A DNA stretch of 13,946 bases from an uncultured Verrucomicrobiaceae bacterium (GCA_964573315.1 CAZNKC010000146.1:1-13946); one strand, 5' to 3'. Counted from the stretch's first letter, positions 1-7,700 are shown. Notes: generated by a model from the letters alone, not told the origin. Made by a program: numbers and translations.

Positions 1-56
1 ACAAAAACATCCGCGTCACCGACTACTACCCCTTCGGCAACCCGGATTTTCCGTGA
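1..56 (+). CDS. Possible 3' end of an upstream gene truncated by the window edge. Frame 3 reads ...KNIRVTDYYPFGNPDFP* with TGA at 54-56.
   Basis: The frame is open from the window edge to TGA at 54-56. Hairpins and a T-rich tract follow, consistent with a gene end. Only about 18 codons are visible, so this is weak. Confidence 0.25.
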   Translation, partial: KNIRVTDYYPFGNPDFP

Positions 57-98
57 TCCAAAGTACCCCGCCTCTCCGAGGCGAATATCATCCCCGGA

Positions 99-128
99 GG
101 GCGGGATTCTATTCCCGCCCATTTGTTT
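99..128 (+). terminator. Candidate rho-independent terminator. GC stem gggcggg (99-105) pairs with cccgccc (114-120) around an 8-nt loop, followed by atttgttt.
   Basis: Read directly from the sequence: a perfect 7-bp all-GC stem followed by a T-rich tail (6 of 8 T), lying downstream of the putative gene end at 56. Confidence 0.4.
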
Positions 129-213
129 CGCAAGGTATTCAGGCAAGATGCCTGAATGACTCCTCTCAGGTTGAAAACCCGAACTACACCCGCCGCCACA
201 GCGCACCCCTGCC

Positions 214-361
214 GGTAGGGACGCACTGCGCGCGTCCCACTTTCTCGTGGGGGGCGGAGGCGGTGGGGTGGCGCGGAGCTTTCTCAGTCGCAATGCCCCA
301 AGAAGCTCCGCACCGCCTCCGCCCGCTCTCATAATGGGACGCGACGTAGCGCGTCCCTACC
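214..361. repeat. Nested inverted-repeat, stem-loop-rich element. Outer arms ggtagggacgc (214-224) and gcgtccctacc (351-361). Inner perfect 14-bp arms gggcggaggcggtg (252-265) and caccgcctccgccc (311-324), plus gcggagct (273-280) and agctccgc (304-311). Two similar local hairpins of the form gggacgc...gcgtccc lie at 218-238 and 337-357.
   Basis: Reverse-complement relationships verified base by base. No credible ORF explains this region; the ORFs called here are Arg/Gly-rich junk. Confidence 0.6.
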
Positions 362-437
362 CAGATGCGGGCAAGATGCCAAATGCCGCGGCGGCTCATC
401 CTTGACGCCGGTCACTTGTCAGACAATAGTGACTGAC

Positions 438-674
438 ATGACGACCACCATTCGCGAATTTCAAAGGCAGTTCCGGAAAATCCGGCAACGGGCCAAGGCC
501 GGCGAGGAAATCCTCGTCACCGACGCCAGCGGCGTCACCTATTCTTTCAAGGCCAAGCGCACCGCCTCCGCCAGCTTTGCCGAAAAGGCCGCCGACCTGA
601 TCGGTTCCTACCGGTCAGAGAAAGGCGACATCGCCTCCAACCCGGAACACCTGAGCGGTTATGGCGGCTCGTGA
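438..674 (+). CDS. vapB: Type II antitoxin, VapB/Phd-like (about 78 aa). The ORF track begins at TTG 402; the first ATG is 438.
   Basis: The N-terminus MTTTIREFQRQFRKIRQRAKAGEEILVTDASGVTYSF matches the antitoxin pattern of Phd/YefM- and VapB-type proteins (TxxExRxxxxxxxxxxxxGExvxIT). It overlaps the downstream PIN-toxin start by 14 nt (ATGGCGGCTCGTGA), the typical TA operon layout. Confidence 0.7.
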   Translation: MTTTIREFQRQFRKIRQRAKAGEEILVTDASGVTYSFKAKRTASASFAEKAADLIGSYRSEKGDIASNPEHLSGYGGS

Positions 675-1080
675 GCATCTGCTGGATGCCGGGCCGTTGG
701 TCGCCCTTTTTGACGCCTCGGACCGGGATCACGCCTGGGCCGTGAAAACGGTCGGAAAGTTGCGCGCGCCACTCATCACCTGTGAAGCCGCTCTTTCCGA
801 GGCTCTTTTCCTTCTTCGCGGAGATCCCGCCGCCCCCCGCAAGGTGGGCGCGCTTTTTGAGCGGGAACTCCTCATCTGCCATCCCATCATGAACAGCGAG
901 GCCGCCGCCGTTCTGGCCTTGATGCAAACCTATCAGGACGTTCCCATGTCGCTCGCCGACGCCTGTTTGGTCCGCCTTTCCGAAATCATCCCGGCCTCCA
1001 CCGTGGTCACCCTGGATTCCAATTTTTCCATCTACCGCCGGCACCGGCGCAAGCCCATCCCTGTGGTGTCACCGCATTGA
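661..1080 (+). CDS. vapC: PIN-domain ribonuclease toxin VapC (139 aa)
   Basis: LLDAGPLVALFDASDRDHAWA is the PIN N-terminal beta1 with a conserved Asp. Further acidic positions are in CEAALSEALF, SLADACLVRLSE and VVTLDSNF. The size is about 140 aa and the gene is translationally coupled to the upstream antitoxin. Confidence 0.85.
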   Translation: MAAREHLLDAGPLVALFDASDRDHAWAVKTVGKLRAPLITCEAALSEALFLLRGDPAAPRKVGALFERELLICHPIMNSEAAAVLALMQTYQDVPMSLADACLVRLSEIIPASTVVTLDSNFSIYRRHRRKPIPVVSPH

Positions 1081-1175
1081 AGCAACCCGGTTTCGCCTGT
1101 TCAGCATACAGCAGTCCCATGAACCCACCACAAAAACGCCAAGAACATGCCAACCCCGGCCCGGCGTACGGGCCG

Positions 1176-1979
1176 ATGCGGACGCTTTCCTATTACCTGT
1201 GGCAATGGGCGGACAATGACACGACCGGCCCGCCGGACGAGATCGTCTCCCGCCTTCTGGCGGGAAAGATGCACGCGGCCATTGAGGACTTTGACCCGGC
1301 GGAATTGCTCGCTTGTCTCGAAAAAGGAGCCGAGGCCGGACGGACGCAAGGCGAGCATTGGGAATGGCAGGTGATCCCCAATCGGGACAAAAACCGCGCC
1401 GCCACCGTCTTTCTCACCGGCGAAGCGCCGGAGGGGCTGCACTGCCATCAAATCCAAATGGCGCGCGAGTTGTGGTCGCTGCTGCTGGCCCGGCACATGA
1501 ATATCCATTCAGACTGCGAATCGCTCTGGATGGGGCCACACCTAAAACGAAACCATTTCAAAACCGGACAAGATGTGGTGGAATTTGACGTGGACGAAAA
1601 AGACATCCGTATTCTACTCCTAACATTGAGACGCTCCTTGAAAAACCCCTTTGCCCTCCTGGAAAATCGAAAAGGCGAATTTGTGCAGTGCTACCTGGAG
1701 AAACGCCGACGCTATGTACTGGAGTGGCGGCAATGGCATGTGCCGCTTTGCGATGACACCAACGAAGGTTACTACAGCCATTGGCGGCTCATGGACCAAC
1801 AGAGACTGGCCGCCTTGACACCGGAACAACGAAGCCGGGCAGATACGGTGGAGGTGCCTGACGACCAAGAACCCGACTTGGTGCCTTTCTCGCTGGTGGT
1901 GGAGGCATTTCAAGCCTTCATTCGCGGCGAGCCGCCGCCGCGCCTGGAGCACTGGCGGCTCATCAATGCCGAAATATGA
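1176..1979 (+). CDS. Hypothetical protein, paralog A of an unrecognised family with a conserved N-terminal SYYLWQWADND motif (about 267 aa from ATG 1176). The ORF track extends to TTG 1077, and an alternative ATG lies at 1119.
   Basis: Long ORF with protein-like composition. It is clearly homologous end to end with the next gene (N-terminal SYYxWxWADNDxxGxPDE...MHxAIxxFDP...GExWxWQ and C-terminal AxQAFxxxEPxP...EW). Its stop overlaps the next gene's start (ATGA at 1976-1979). Confidence 0.75.
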   Translation: MRTLSYYLWQWADNDTTGPPDEIVSRLLAGKMHAAIEDFDPAELLACLEKGAEAGRTQGEHWEWQVIPNRDKNRAATVFLTGEAPEGLHCHQIQMARELWSLLLARHMNIHSDCESLWMGPHLKRNHFKTGQDVVEFDVDEKDIRILLLTLRRSLKNPFALLENRKGEFVQCYLEKRRRYVLEWRQWHVPLCDDTNEGYYSHWRLMDQQRLAALTPEQRSRADTVEVPDDQEPDLVPFSLVVEAFQAFIRGEPPPRLEHWRLINAEI

Positions 1980-2842
1980 CCGCCAGCTACTATTTTTGGA
2001 AATGGGCCGACAACGACCTGCCCGGCCGTCCGGATGAAGTCCACGCCAGCCTGCTGCGCGGCCGGATGCACCCGGCCATCCAGCCCTTTGACCCGTCGCC
2101 ACTGGTGAAGCTGTTGCAGAAGGATGCCGCGCGCGGTCGGGAGAAGGGCGAGGAGTGGGACTGGCAGATTGTATGGGAACAAGAGCCACGCCACGCCAAG
2201 TTTGTGTTTGTGACACTGCCCACCCCGCCTTCAACTGAGCCTGAAAAAAACAGGATGGCACGCCGCTATTTGCGCCAAGTTGTTTTTGGTTGGTCTGGAG
2301 AATCGCGCACGGATTTCGCCGGCTCGCTGCCAAAGCAGAACGTCTGGCTCCCAGGAGGCGGCTCTCCATGTGTTTGGGATCCTTCCACGGCGGATTTGCC
2401 CCGCTTGATAAAGGACCTCGGCCCGTCTGGTGAGAAAGGTCATGCCATGCTGATGAACCACAAAAACGACTATGTCCAGATCGCGGCGCTGCGTGGAAGA
2501 TTCACCGTGGAATGGAGGGACGCCGACTATATGAAATCGTGGGATGCGTTTGAGCATTGGCATCTTCGCTATCGGACACCCGCCAGAACCTTGAAAGGCC
2601 GGGCTATCCAACGGCGGTTTGTTCCAGATGGCCTGCCGATCGTTCGGAATTACAAAGGGAAATGGTTTTATCGCCTGACCCAGTCCCACGAATTCGAGCT
2701 AATCTGCCCTTCCGACGTGCTGGCTTTGCTGCAAGCCTTCATGCACCGGGAACCGCGTCCGTCTTTCTTCGAATGGGTTTCTCTCACCGAGGAAATGAAG
2801 CATCGCCCTGCCGATTACATGCCTTGGAACGACGACTTTTAA
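1976..2842 (+). CDS. Hypothetical protein, paralog B of the same family (288 aa). Starts MTASYYFWKWADNDLPGRPDE.
   Basis: Homologous to paralog A over its full length, with a longer middle region. The ATG at 1976 overlaps the upstream stop in a 4-nt ATGA arrangement typical of translational coupling. Confidence 0.8.
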   Translation: MTASYYFWKWADNDLPGRPDEVHASLLRGRMHPAIQPFDPSPLVKLLQKDAARGREKGEEWDWQIVWEQEPRHAKFVFVTLPTPPSTEPEKNRMARRYLRQVVFGWSGESRTDFAGSLPKQNVWLPGGGSPCVWDPSTADLPRLIKDLGPSGEKGHAMLMNHKNDYVQIAALRGRFTVEWRDADYMKSWDAFEHWHLRYRTPARTLKGRAIQRRFVPDGLPIVRNYKGKWFYRLTQSHEFELICPSDVLALLQAFMHREPRPSFFEWVSLTEEMKHRPADYMPWNDDF

Positions 2843-2852
2843 ATACGAAGCA

Positions 2853-3677
2853 ATGTCCCTCATCCCCCATCCTGAAATCCAGCGCCTCATGGAGCTGAAC
2901 GCCGAATTGCGCGCCGAGCTGGCTGACTTGCTGGCCCATGCGCATGATCTCGTGCGCACCGTGCGTCCAAACCTGCTGGCGATCTACCAGTCGAAGCTGG
3001 GCGCATGGGAGCTGGAGAAGCTGAAAGCGCAGTTCCGCGTGGCGCGGCTGAAGCGGGTGATCGAGCTGGCACAGGCCAGCCTGAACCGGGGCGCGCCGCC
3101 GGACATGGGGCAGATCGAAGCGCAGGTGCGCGAGGAGCAGGTGCTGTGGGAGGTCAAGCTCAAGGAGAAGGCGGACAAACTGCAAAATGCGGAGCATCTT
3201 CTGGCAAACCAGCTTTCCCGCAAGGACAGCGCGGAGTTCAAGAAGCTCTACCATCAACTCGTGAAGCAACTGCACCCGGACCTGCACCCTGATCAGGATC
3301 AGGCCGCGCGCCATCTCTGGCAGCAAGTGCAGGATGCCTACGATGCGGGTGATCTGGAAGGGTTGCGCGCGCTCGCGCTCCTGCAGCATGAGCCGGAGAA
3401 AACCGCCGCCATTTCCGACTCGCTGGAAAAGCTGCAAGCGGAATACGCATTGCTGGAAAAACGCATCGCGGAACTGGAAGCGAGGATCAAGCAAATCGCG
3501 AGCGAGCCGCCTTTCACCTTTGAAGATGACCTGCAAAACGAGGCCTGGGTGGTCATGCGGCGTACCGCCTTGGAAAAAGAGACACAGCCGTTGCAAGAGC
3601 AGTCCGCCGCGTTAGAGAAGCACCTGCAAACCCTCATCCCTCCGCATGTCCCAGGAATCCAGTTTGGTCTCAATTGA
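2853..3677 (+). CDS. J-domain (DnaJ-like) coiled-coil protein, 274 aa. The J-domain is internal at about nt 3225-3375 with a duplicated HPD (LHPDLHPD).
   Basis: FKKLYHQLVKQLHPDLHPDQDQAARHLWQQVQDAYDAGDLEGL matches J-domain helix II, the HPD loop and helix III (KxxYxxLxxxxHPD ... F/WxxxxxAY). The flanking regions are heptad-like and Leu/Glu/Lys/Ala-rich (ELEARIKQ, LEKLKAQF). It starts 10 nt after paralog B ends. Confidence 0.8.
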   Translation: MSLIPHPEIQRLMELNAELRAELADLLAHAHDLVRTVRPNLLAIYQSKLGAWELEKLKAQFRVARLKRVIELAQASLNRGAPPDMGQIEAQVREEQVLWEVKLKEKADKLQNAEHLLANQLSRKDSAEFKKLYHQLVKQLHPDLHPDQDQAARHLWQQVQDAYDAGDLEGLRALALLQHEPEKTAAISDSLEKLQAEYALLEKRIAELEARIKQIASEPPFTFEDDLQNEAWVVMRRTALEKETQPLQEQSAALEKHLQTLIPPHVPGIQFGLN

Positions 3678-4050
3678 TCCCGCGCTGCTGGCGCTCATCC
3701 ACGGCAGCTTCGGCGGAGATGGGGCGCTGCTGCCCTTTGCCAAGGAGATCATGCTTATCGAATGCCTGATCGCCGGCACCAGCCACCTCGACTTGGCGGA
3801 GGTGGCGCCGGGGCTGCTGCCCGGCACGCTGCTGGTGCTCAAACGCGAGCCGCAAAACCCGCACGACGCGCTGGCGATCATGATTTTCACCGAGGCCGGG
3901 CATCATCTGGGCTACATCCCGCGCGCCAAAAACGAAGCCGTCGCCCGCCTGATGGATGCCGGGAAACTCTTGTTCGGACGCCTTGAGTCCAAGGAATGGC
4001 AGGGCGCGTGGTTGAAGGCTCAGATGCGCGTCTTCATGCGGGATTTTTGA
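3646..4050 (+). CDS. Standalone HIRAN-domain protein (134 aa from ATG 3646). The true start could be an internal TTG or GTG, since it overlaps the upstream gene by 32 nt.
   Basis: CLIAGTSHLDL...LLPGTLLVLKREPQNPHDALAIMIFTEAGHHLGYIPRAKNEAVARLMDAG matches the HIRAN consensus (GxxxhxxxxxLxxGxxLxLxREPxNPxDxNAIxV...GxxLGYVPRxxNxxLAxLMD). Confidence 0.8.
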   Translation: MSQESSLVSIDPALLALIHGSFGGDGALLPFAKEIMLIECLIAGTSHLDLAEVAPGLLPGTLLVLKREPQNPHDALAIMIFTEAGHHLGYIPRAKNEAVARLMDAGKLLFGRLESKEWQGAWLKAQMRVFMRDF

Positions 4051-4239
4051 GGAGCCTTCCGCTTCCTGAGAAACGATGAACCGCTCCCTGCTGGGGATCA
4101 TTCAGATTGCCCGTGAAATCCCGATTTGAACGCGCCAAACCCGTTCATGGCTGAGGAACAGCCATCCCGCAGAATGCCCGCCGGGTTCCATCGATGAGCA
4201 TTGGACGGGAGAAAAACATGGCATTTTCTCCTGAACACG

Positions 4240-4551
4240 ATGAATGCCGCCACCATGACCACGCCGCTGGGATTGCCCCGCGAGCTTTTCTGGGACGTAA
4301 ACCCGGAGATGCTCGATGCGGACACCCACGCCGCCCAAATCATCGGGCGGGTGGTGGAGCGCGGCTCCCTCGCGGCTTGGCACACAGTACGCCGCCATTA
4401 CGGAGATGCCCGCATGATCCAGGCAGTCACCACTTTGCGCGATCTCAGCCCGCGGGCGGTGAGCTTGTGTTGCGTGGCCTTCAACCTTAAACGAGAGGAT
4501 TTCCGATGCTGCACCGCGAGGCCCTTCCCCCCGGCGCCCTGGGTTTACTGA
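4240..4551 (+). CDS. Small hypothetical protein (about 103 aa from ATG 4240; the ORF track starts at TTG 4201). Family not recognised.
   Basis: A good RBS, GGGAGAaaaacATG, lies directly upstream of 4240. The composition is protein-like (LFWDVNPEMLDADTHAAQIIGRVVERGSLAAWHTVRRHYG). It lies convergent to the giant gene. Confidence 0.55.
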   Translation: MNAATMTTPLGLPRELFWDVNPEMLDADTHAAQIIGRVVERGSLAAWHTVRRHYGDARMIQAVTTLRDLSPRAVSLCCVAFNLKREDFRCCTARPFPPAPWVY

Positions 4552-4688
4552 CGGCGCTCTGCGCGCATCCGGCGCTCGCGGCTTGGATAGTGGCGCAACC
4601 ATCTTGGTTGCGCGGGCAAGCTGGAAGCTTGCCCCACCTTTTGCTCCGCGCCGCCTACCGCCCTCGAAAAAAATGGGAGAAAATATAA
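4506..4688 (+). CDS. Possible small ORF (60 aa, Ala/Leu-rich). Alternatively it is the frameshifted C-terminal continuation of the 4240-4551 gene.
   Basis: It overlaps the previous ORF by 46 nt in a different frame, and the overlap contains a C6 homopolymer at 4526-4531. The low-complexity sequence lowers confidence that it is an independent gene. Confidence 0.3.
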   Translation: MLHREALPPGALGLLTALCAHPALAAWIVAQPSWLRGQAGSLPHLLLRAAYRPRKKWEKI

Positions 4689-4702
4689 TTCCTCCCTCCA
4701 CT

Positions 4703-7700
4703 CTACTTCCGCTTCAACGTCGGTTGCTCCACCTTCGACTCCACCGCCACCGGTAATTCCTCTTTTTCGGATTTCGGGCTTCGGGCTTCCGAACTTTCCT
4801 CCACCGGCATCACCTTGATCTCCACGTTCACCGGCACTGCGCGCAGGCCGTCGATGATCGCGCTCAATCGCTCCACCGTCACATCCGCCAGCGTCGCGGG
4901 CTGGGCCTGCTGCGCTCTCGCCGCTTCCAGGGTTTCCTGAATGCGCTCCAGCCCCACCGTGAACGCGCTCAGGTGGCCGCCGATGCGCGCCACCGGGTCG
5001 TCCTCGCCCGCGCCGCCGGTGAGCAGGTTGCGACCGAAAGTCTTGCGGATGTTTTCCCAGCGCCCGGCGTCCTCCGCGGTCAGGCGGTTCGTGATCTCGC
5101 GCCACTTGAGCAGGTTCGCCTCCGCGGCTTGGCTCAGCGTCTGGCTTTCGCCGCGATAGTGATCTTCGATCAGACCATCCACCTCCTGCATCGTCATCAG
5201 CGGCCGCACTTTTTCCGCAATGCGGTTCATGTTACGATAGGAGCCTTGCAGCTTGAACGGCGGCTCGGTGCGATAGGCGTCCTCGGTGGCGGCGCTGCGG
5301 ATGTACTCCTGATTCACGCGCAGAATGACCTCCCGCACCTTGAGCAGGCGCTCCATCACCTCGATGGCCTCCTGCATTTCGTCCGCGCCGTGGTTGGCCT
5401 CGAATTCCGTGTCCTCCTGGCTGCCGGTCACGGCGATCTTCAAAGCGGTGAGCGCGTCCTTGTGGCTGCGCGCGGCGATGCGCGACAGCGCGCTGTTGCT
5501 GGTGAGGCAGTTCTCGATGTAGCTGTCCTTGAACGCCTCCTCGTGGCCGCCGAGGATGTCGCCCAGATTGTAGGTGTCGGCACGGTTCGCCAGCATGTCC
5601 GGCACCTGGAACTTGCCGCCCACTTCGGTATAAGGGTTGCCCGCCATCACCACCGCCACCTTGCGCCCGCGCAGGTCATAAGTACGCGCCACGCCGCGAA
5701 ACACGCCCTCGATGCGCCGCTGACCGTCGCAGAGTGGGATGAACTTCTGCAAGAACTCGGGATTGCAGTGCTGGATGTCGTCCAGATAAATCATCACGTT
5801 GTCCCCCATCTCCAGGGACAGGTTCAGCTTCTCGATCTCCTGGCGCGCGCTGAGGTTCGGCGCTTCCGCCGGATCGAGCGAGGTCACCAGATGCCCGATG
5901 GCCGGGCCGTTGATTTTCACCAACGTGATGCCGAGCCGGTTCGCCACGTATTCCATCAGCGTGGTCTTGCCGTAACCGGGCGGCGAGATCAACATTAAGA
6001 GGCCCATGCGATCCGTGCGCGTGTCCGCGCCCACCGCGCCGATCTGTTTCGCCAGATTGGCCCCGATGATCGGCAGGTACACTTGGTCGATCAATCGGTT
6101 GCGCACAAAGGAACTCAGCAACCCGGCCCTGAACTCCTCCAGCCGCAGCTCCGCGCGCCGTTTCACCAGCACCTCGTGCTTGCGCTTGATAAACGCCTCA
6201 TAACGCGGCGCCACCTGCGTCACATGCCGCGACAAGCGCAGCATGAACTCGTGATAATCCAGTGTCATCCCACCCTGTTCGATGCGCGAATGCGCGCCCG
6301 TGAAGCCTTTAATCTCCATCCGCGACGGCGCTTCATGCGGCAGGTTCAGCGGCGGATCGTCATGCAGCACCAGCAGCGCCGCGGCCTCCGCCCGCGTGCC
6401 GCTCTCCGTCTCCGGGTGCAAACGCAGCAGCCATTCCAGCGCGATCTCGAACGCCAGCCAGGGCTGCTTTTCCAGCGAGCGCAAAGTCTCCTCAAAATCA
6501 GACGCCGCCCGTTTCACCGTCAGTTCCTTCCGAAACGCCCGCACCAATTCCGCCGCCGCGTGCGAACGCGAAAACGGCAACGACGGATGCTTCGCGTCAA
6601 GCTGCATCAGTTCATCAGAGAGGCAGGCGGCCGCATGGAGCGCCGACGATTCGTCGGCATTGCCACAATGAATTCCGACGACTCGTCGGATCTCCCCAAC
6701 AAGCACCGCATCCACCTCCACCCCACCACCGTCAACCAGCCGCGCCAGCCGCCCGCGCGCCCGCATCCGCGCCGCCACCGCTTGTTTCTCCGGTCCATCC
6801 TCCCAAGCCTGCCAGCAAATCAACGCCAGCCCGCGCGCCAGCGGCGCATGACGCAACAAGCCCAAATAGACCCGCATCTCCGCCAGCGGCTGCGCCAGCA
6901 GCGCCGCGTCGTGATCGTGAACGCCCTTGGTGTAGCCCTCGTGAAACCGCTCCGCCATGAACTTCTGAATGGCCTCCAGCCGCGCCGCTTCATCGGCATC
7001 CGCAAACCCGCGCAAAGCCTCCATGCCCTGCGCCGCCAAGCTTTCCACCCAGCGATACGCCAGATACTCCGCGCGATACACCTCCCGCGTCTCCGCCACC
7101 GACTCCAGCTCCCACACATCCCGCAGCGCGTCGAGTTCCGTGTCCTCCACCTTCTCGTAAAAGCGTGTGCCCGTCAGGTGAAACCACAAGCCGCCCTCGC
7201 GCGTCAGCATCGTCAACTCCAACGGCTGCCGGTTCACCGTGAACCGATGCTGTCCAAGCTGGATGAGATCGCCGCCCTCCACAAACAACTCCGCTTTGTC
7301 GCGAATCTGCTTCACCGCTTCCTCGCGCAGCGTCTTGAAGCGCGTGGCGATCTCGTCCGCGCGCACGCTGTCGCCCAGCGCGCGCAAGTCCTCGATCAAA
7401 TCCCGCGCCTTCACCGCCATCGCGTCCGTGGCCAGATAGGAATGCGCCTCCTCTGCCGTGGATAGCGTGGCCAGACGATTTCGCACGCTGGCCAGCACGC
7501 GCTCCGCCGCCTGCGCCAGCGCCTGGCTGCGCCGGTTGCGCGCCTCCACCAGTGATTGCCGCCGCGCGTCAAACGCCGCCTGCGTCTCCTCGCGACGCCG
7601 AATCAATTCCTCGGCAAAGCCCTCGAAATCCCCAAACCGACCCTCCAACTCCTCGATGCGCACCATCATGCGAGTCATCGCCTCATCGCACTTGTCCGGC

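Noticed and set aside
26-399. Short ORFs in the first 400 nt (26-226 -, 53-334 +, 184-399 -)
   Set aside because: Arg/Gly/Pro-rich junk overlapping a region dominated by inverted repeats and hairpins. More likely non-coding structured DNA/RNA.
402-437. ORF-track start positions at 402, 1077, 4201 and 9832
   Set aside because: These are TTG codons rendered as M by the ORF caller. In-frame ATGs lie shortly downstream (438; 1119/1176; 4240/4255; 9817), and 4240 has a good RBS. I re-placed the starts accordingly, although TTG initiation cannot be excluded.
547-1044. 165-aa - strand ORF antisense to vapC
   Set aside because: Gly/Arg-rich antisense artefact. The sense frame is a clear PIN-domain protein coupled to its antitoxin.
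1620-3596. - strand ORFs 1620-2369 (249 aa), 2231-2689 (152 aa) and 2784-3596 (270 aa), antisense to the paralog and J-domain genes
   Set aside because: Low-complexity Leu/Gln/Arg-rich translations. The sense-strand genes show paralogy, ATGA coupling and recognisable J-domain/HIRAN motifs.
4102-4701. 199-aa - strand ORF starting 1 nt after the giant gene stop (MEGGIIFSPIFFEGGRRRGAKGG...)
   Set aside because: Arg/Gly/Pro-rich with no hydrophobic-core periodicity. It is antisense to the better-supported + strand ORF at 4240-4551, which has a GGGAGA RBS. Adjacency to the giant gene noted, but judged spurious.
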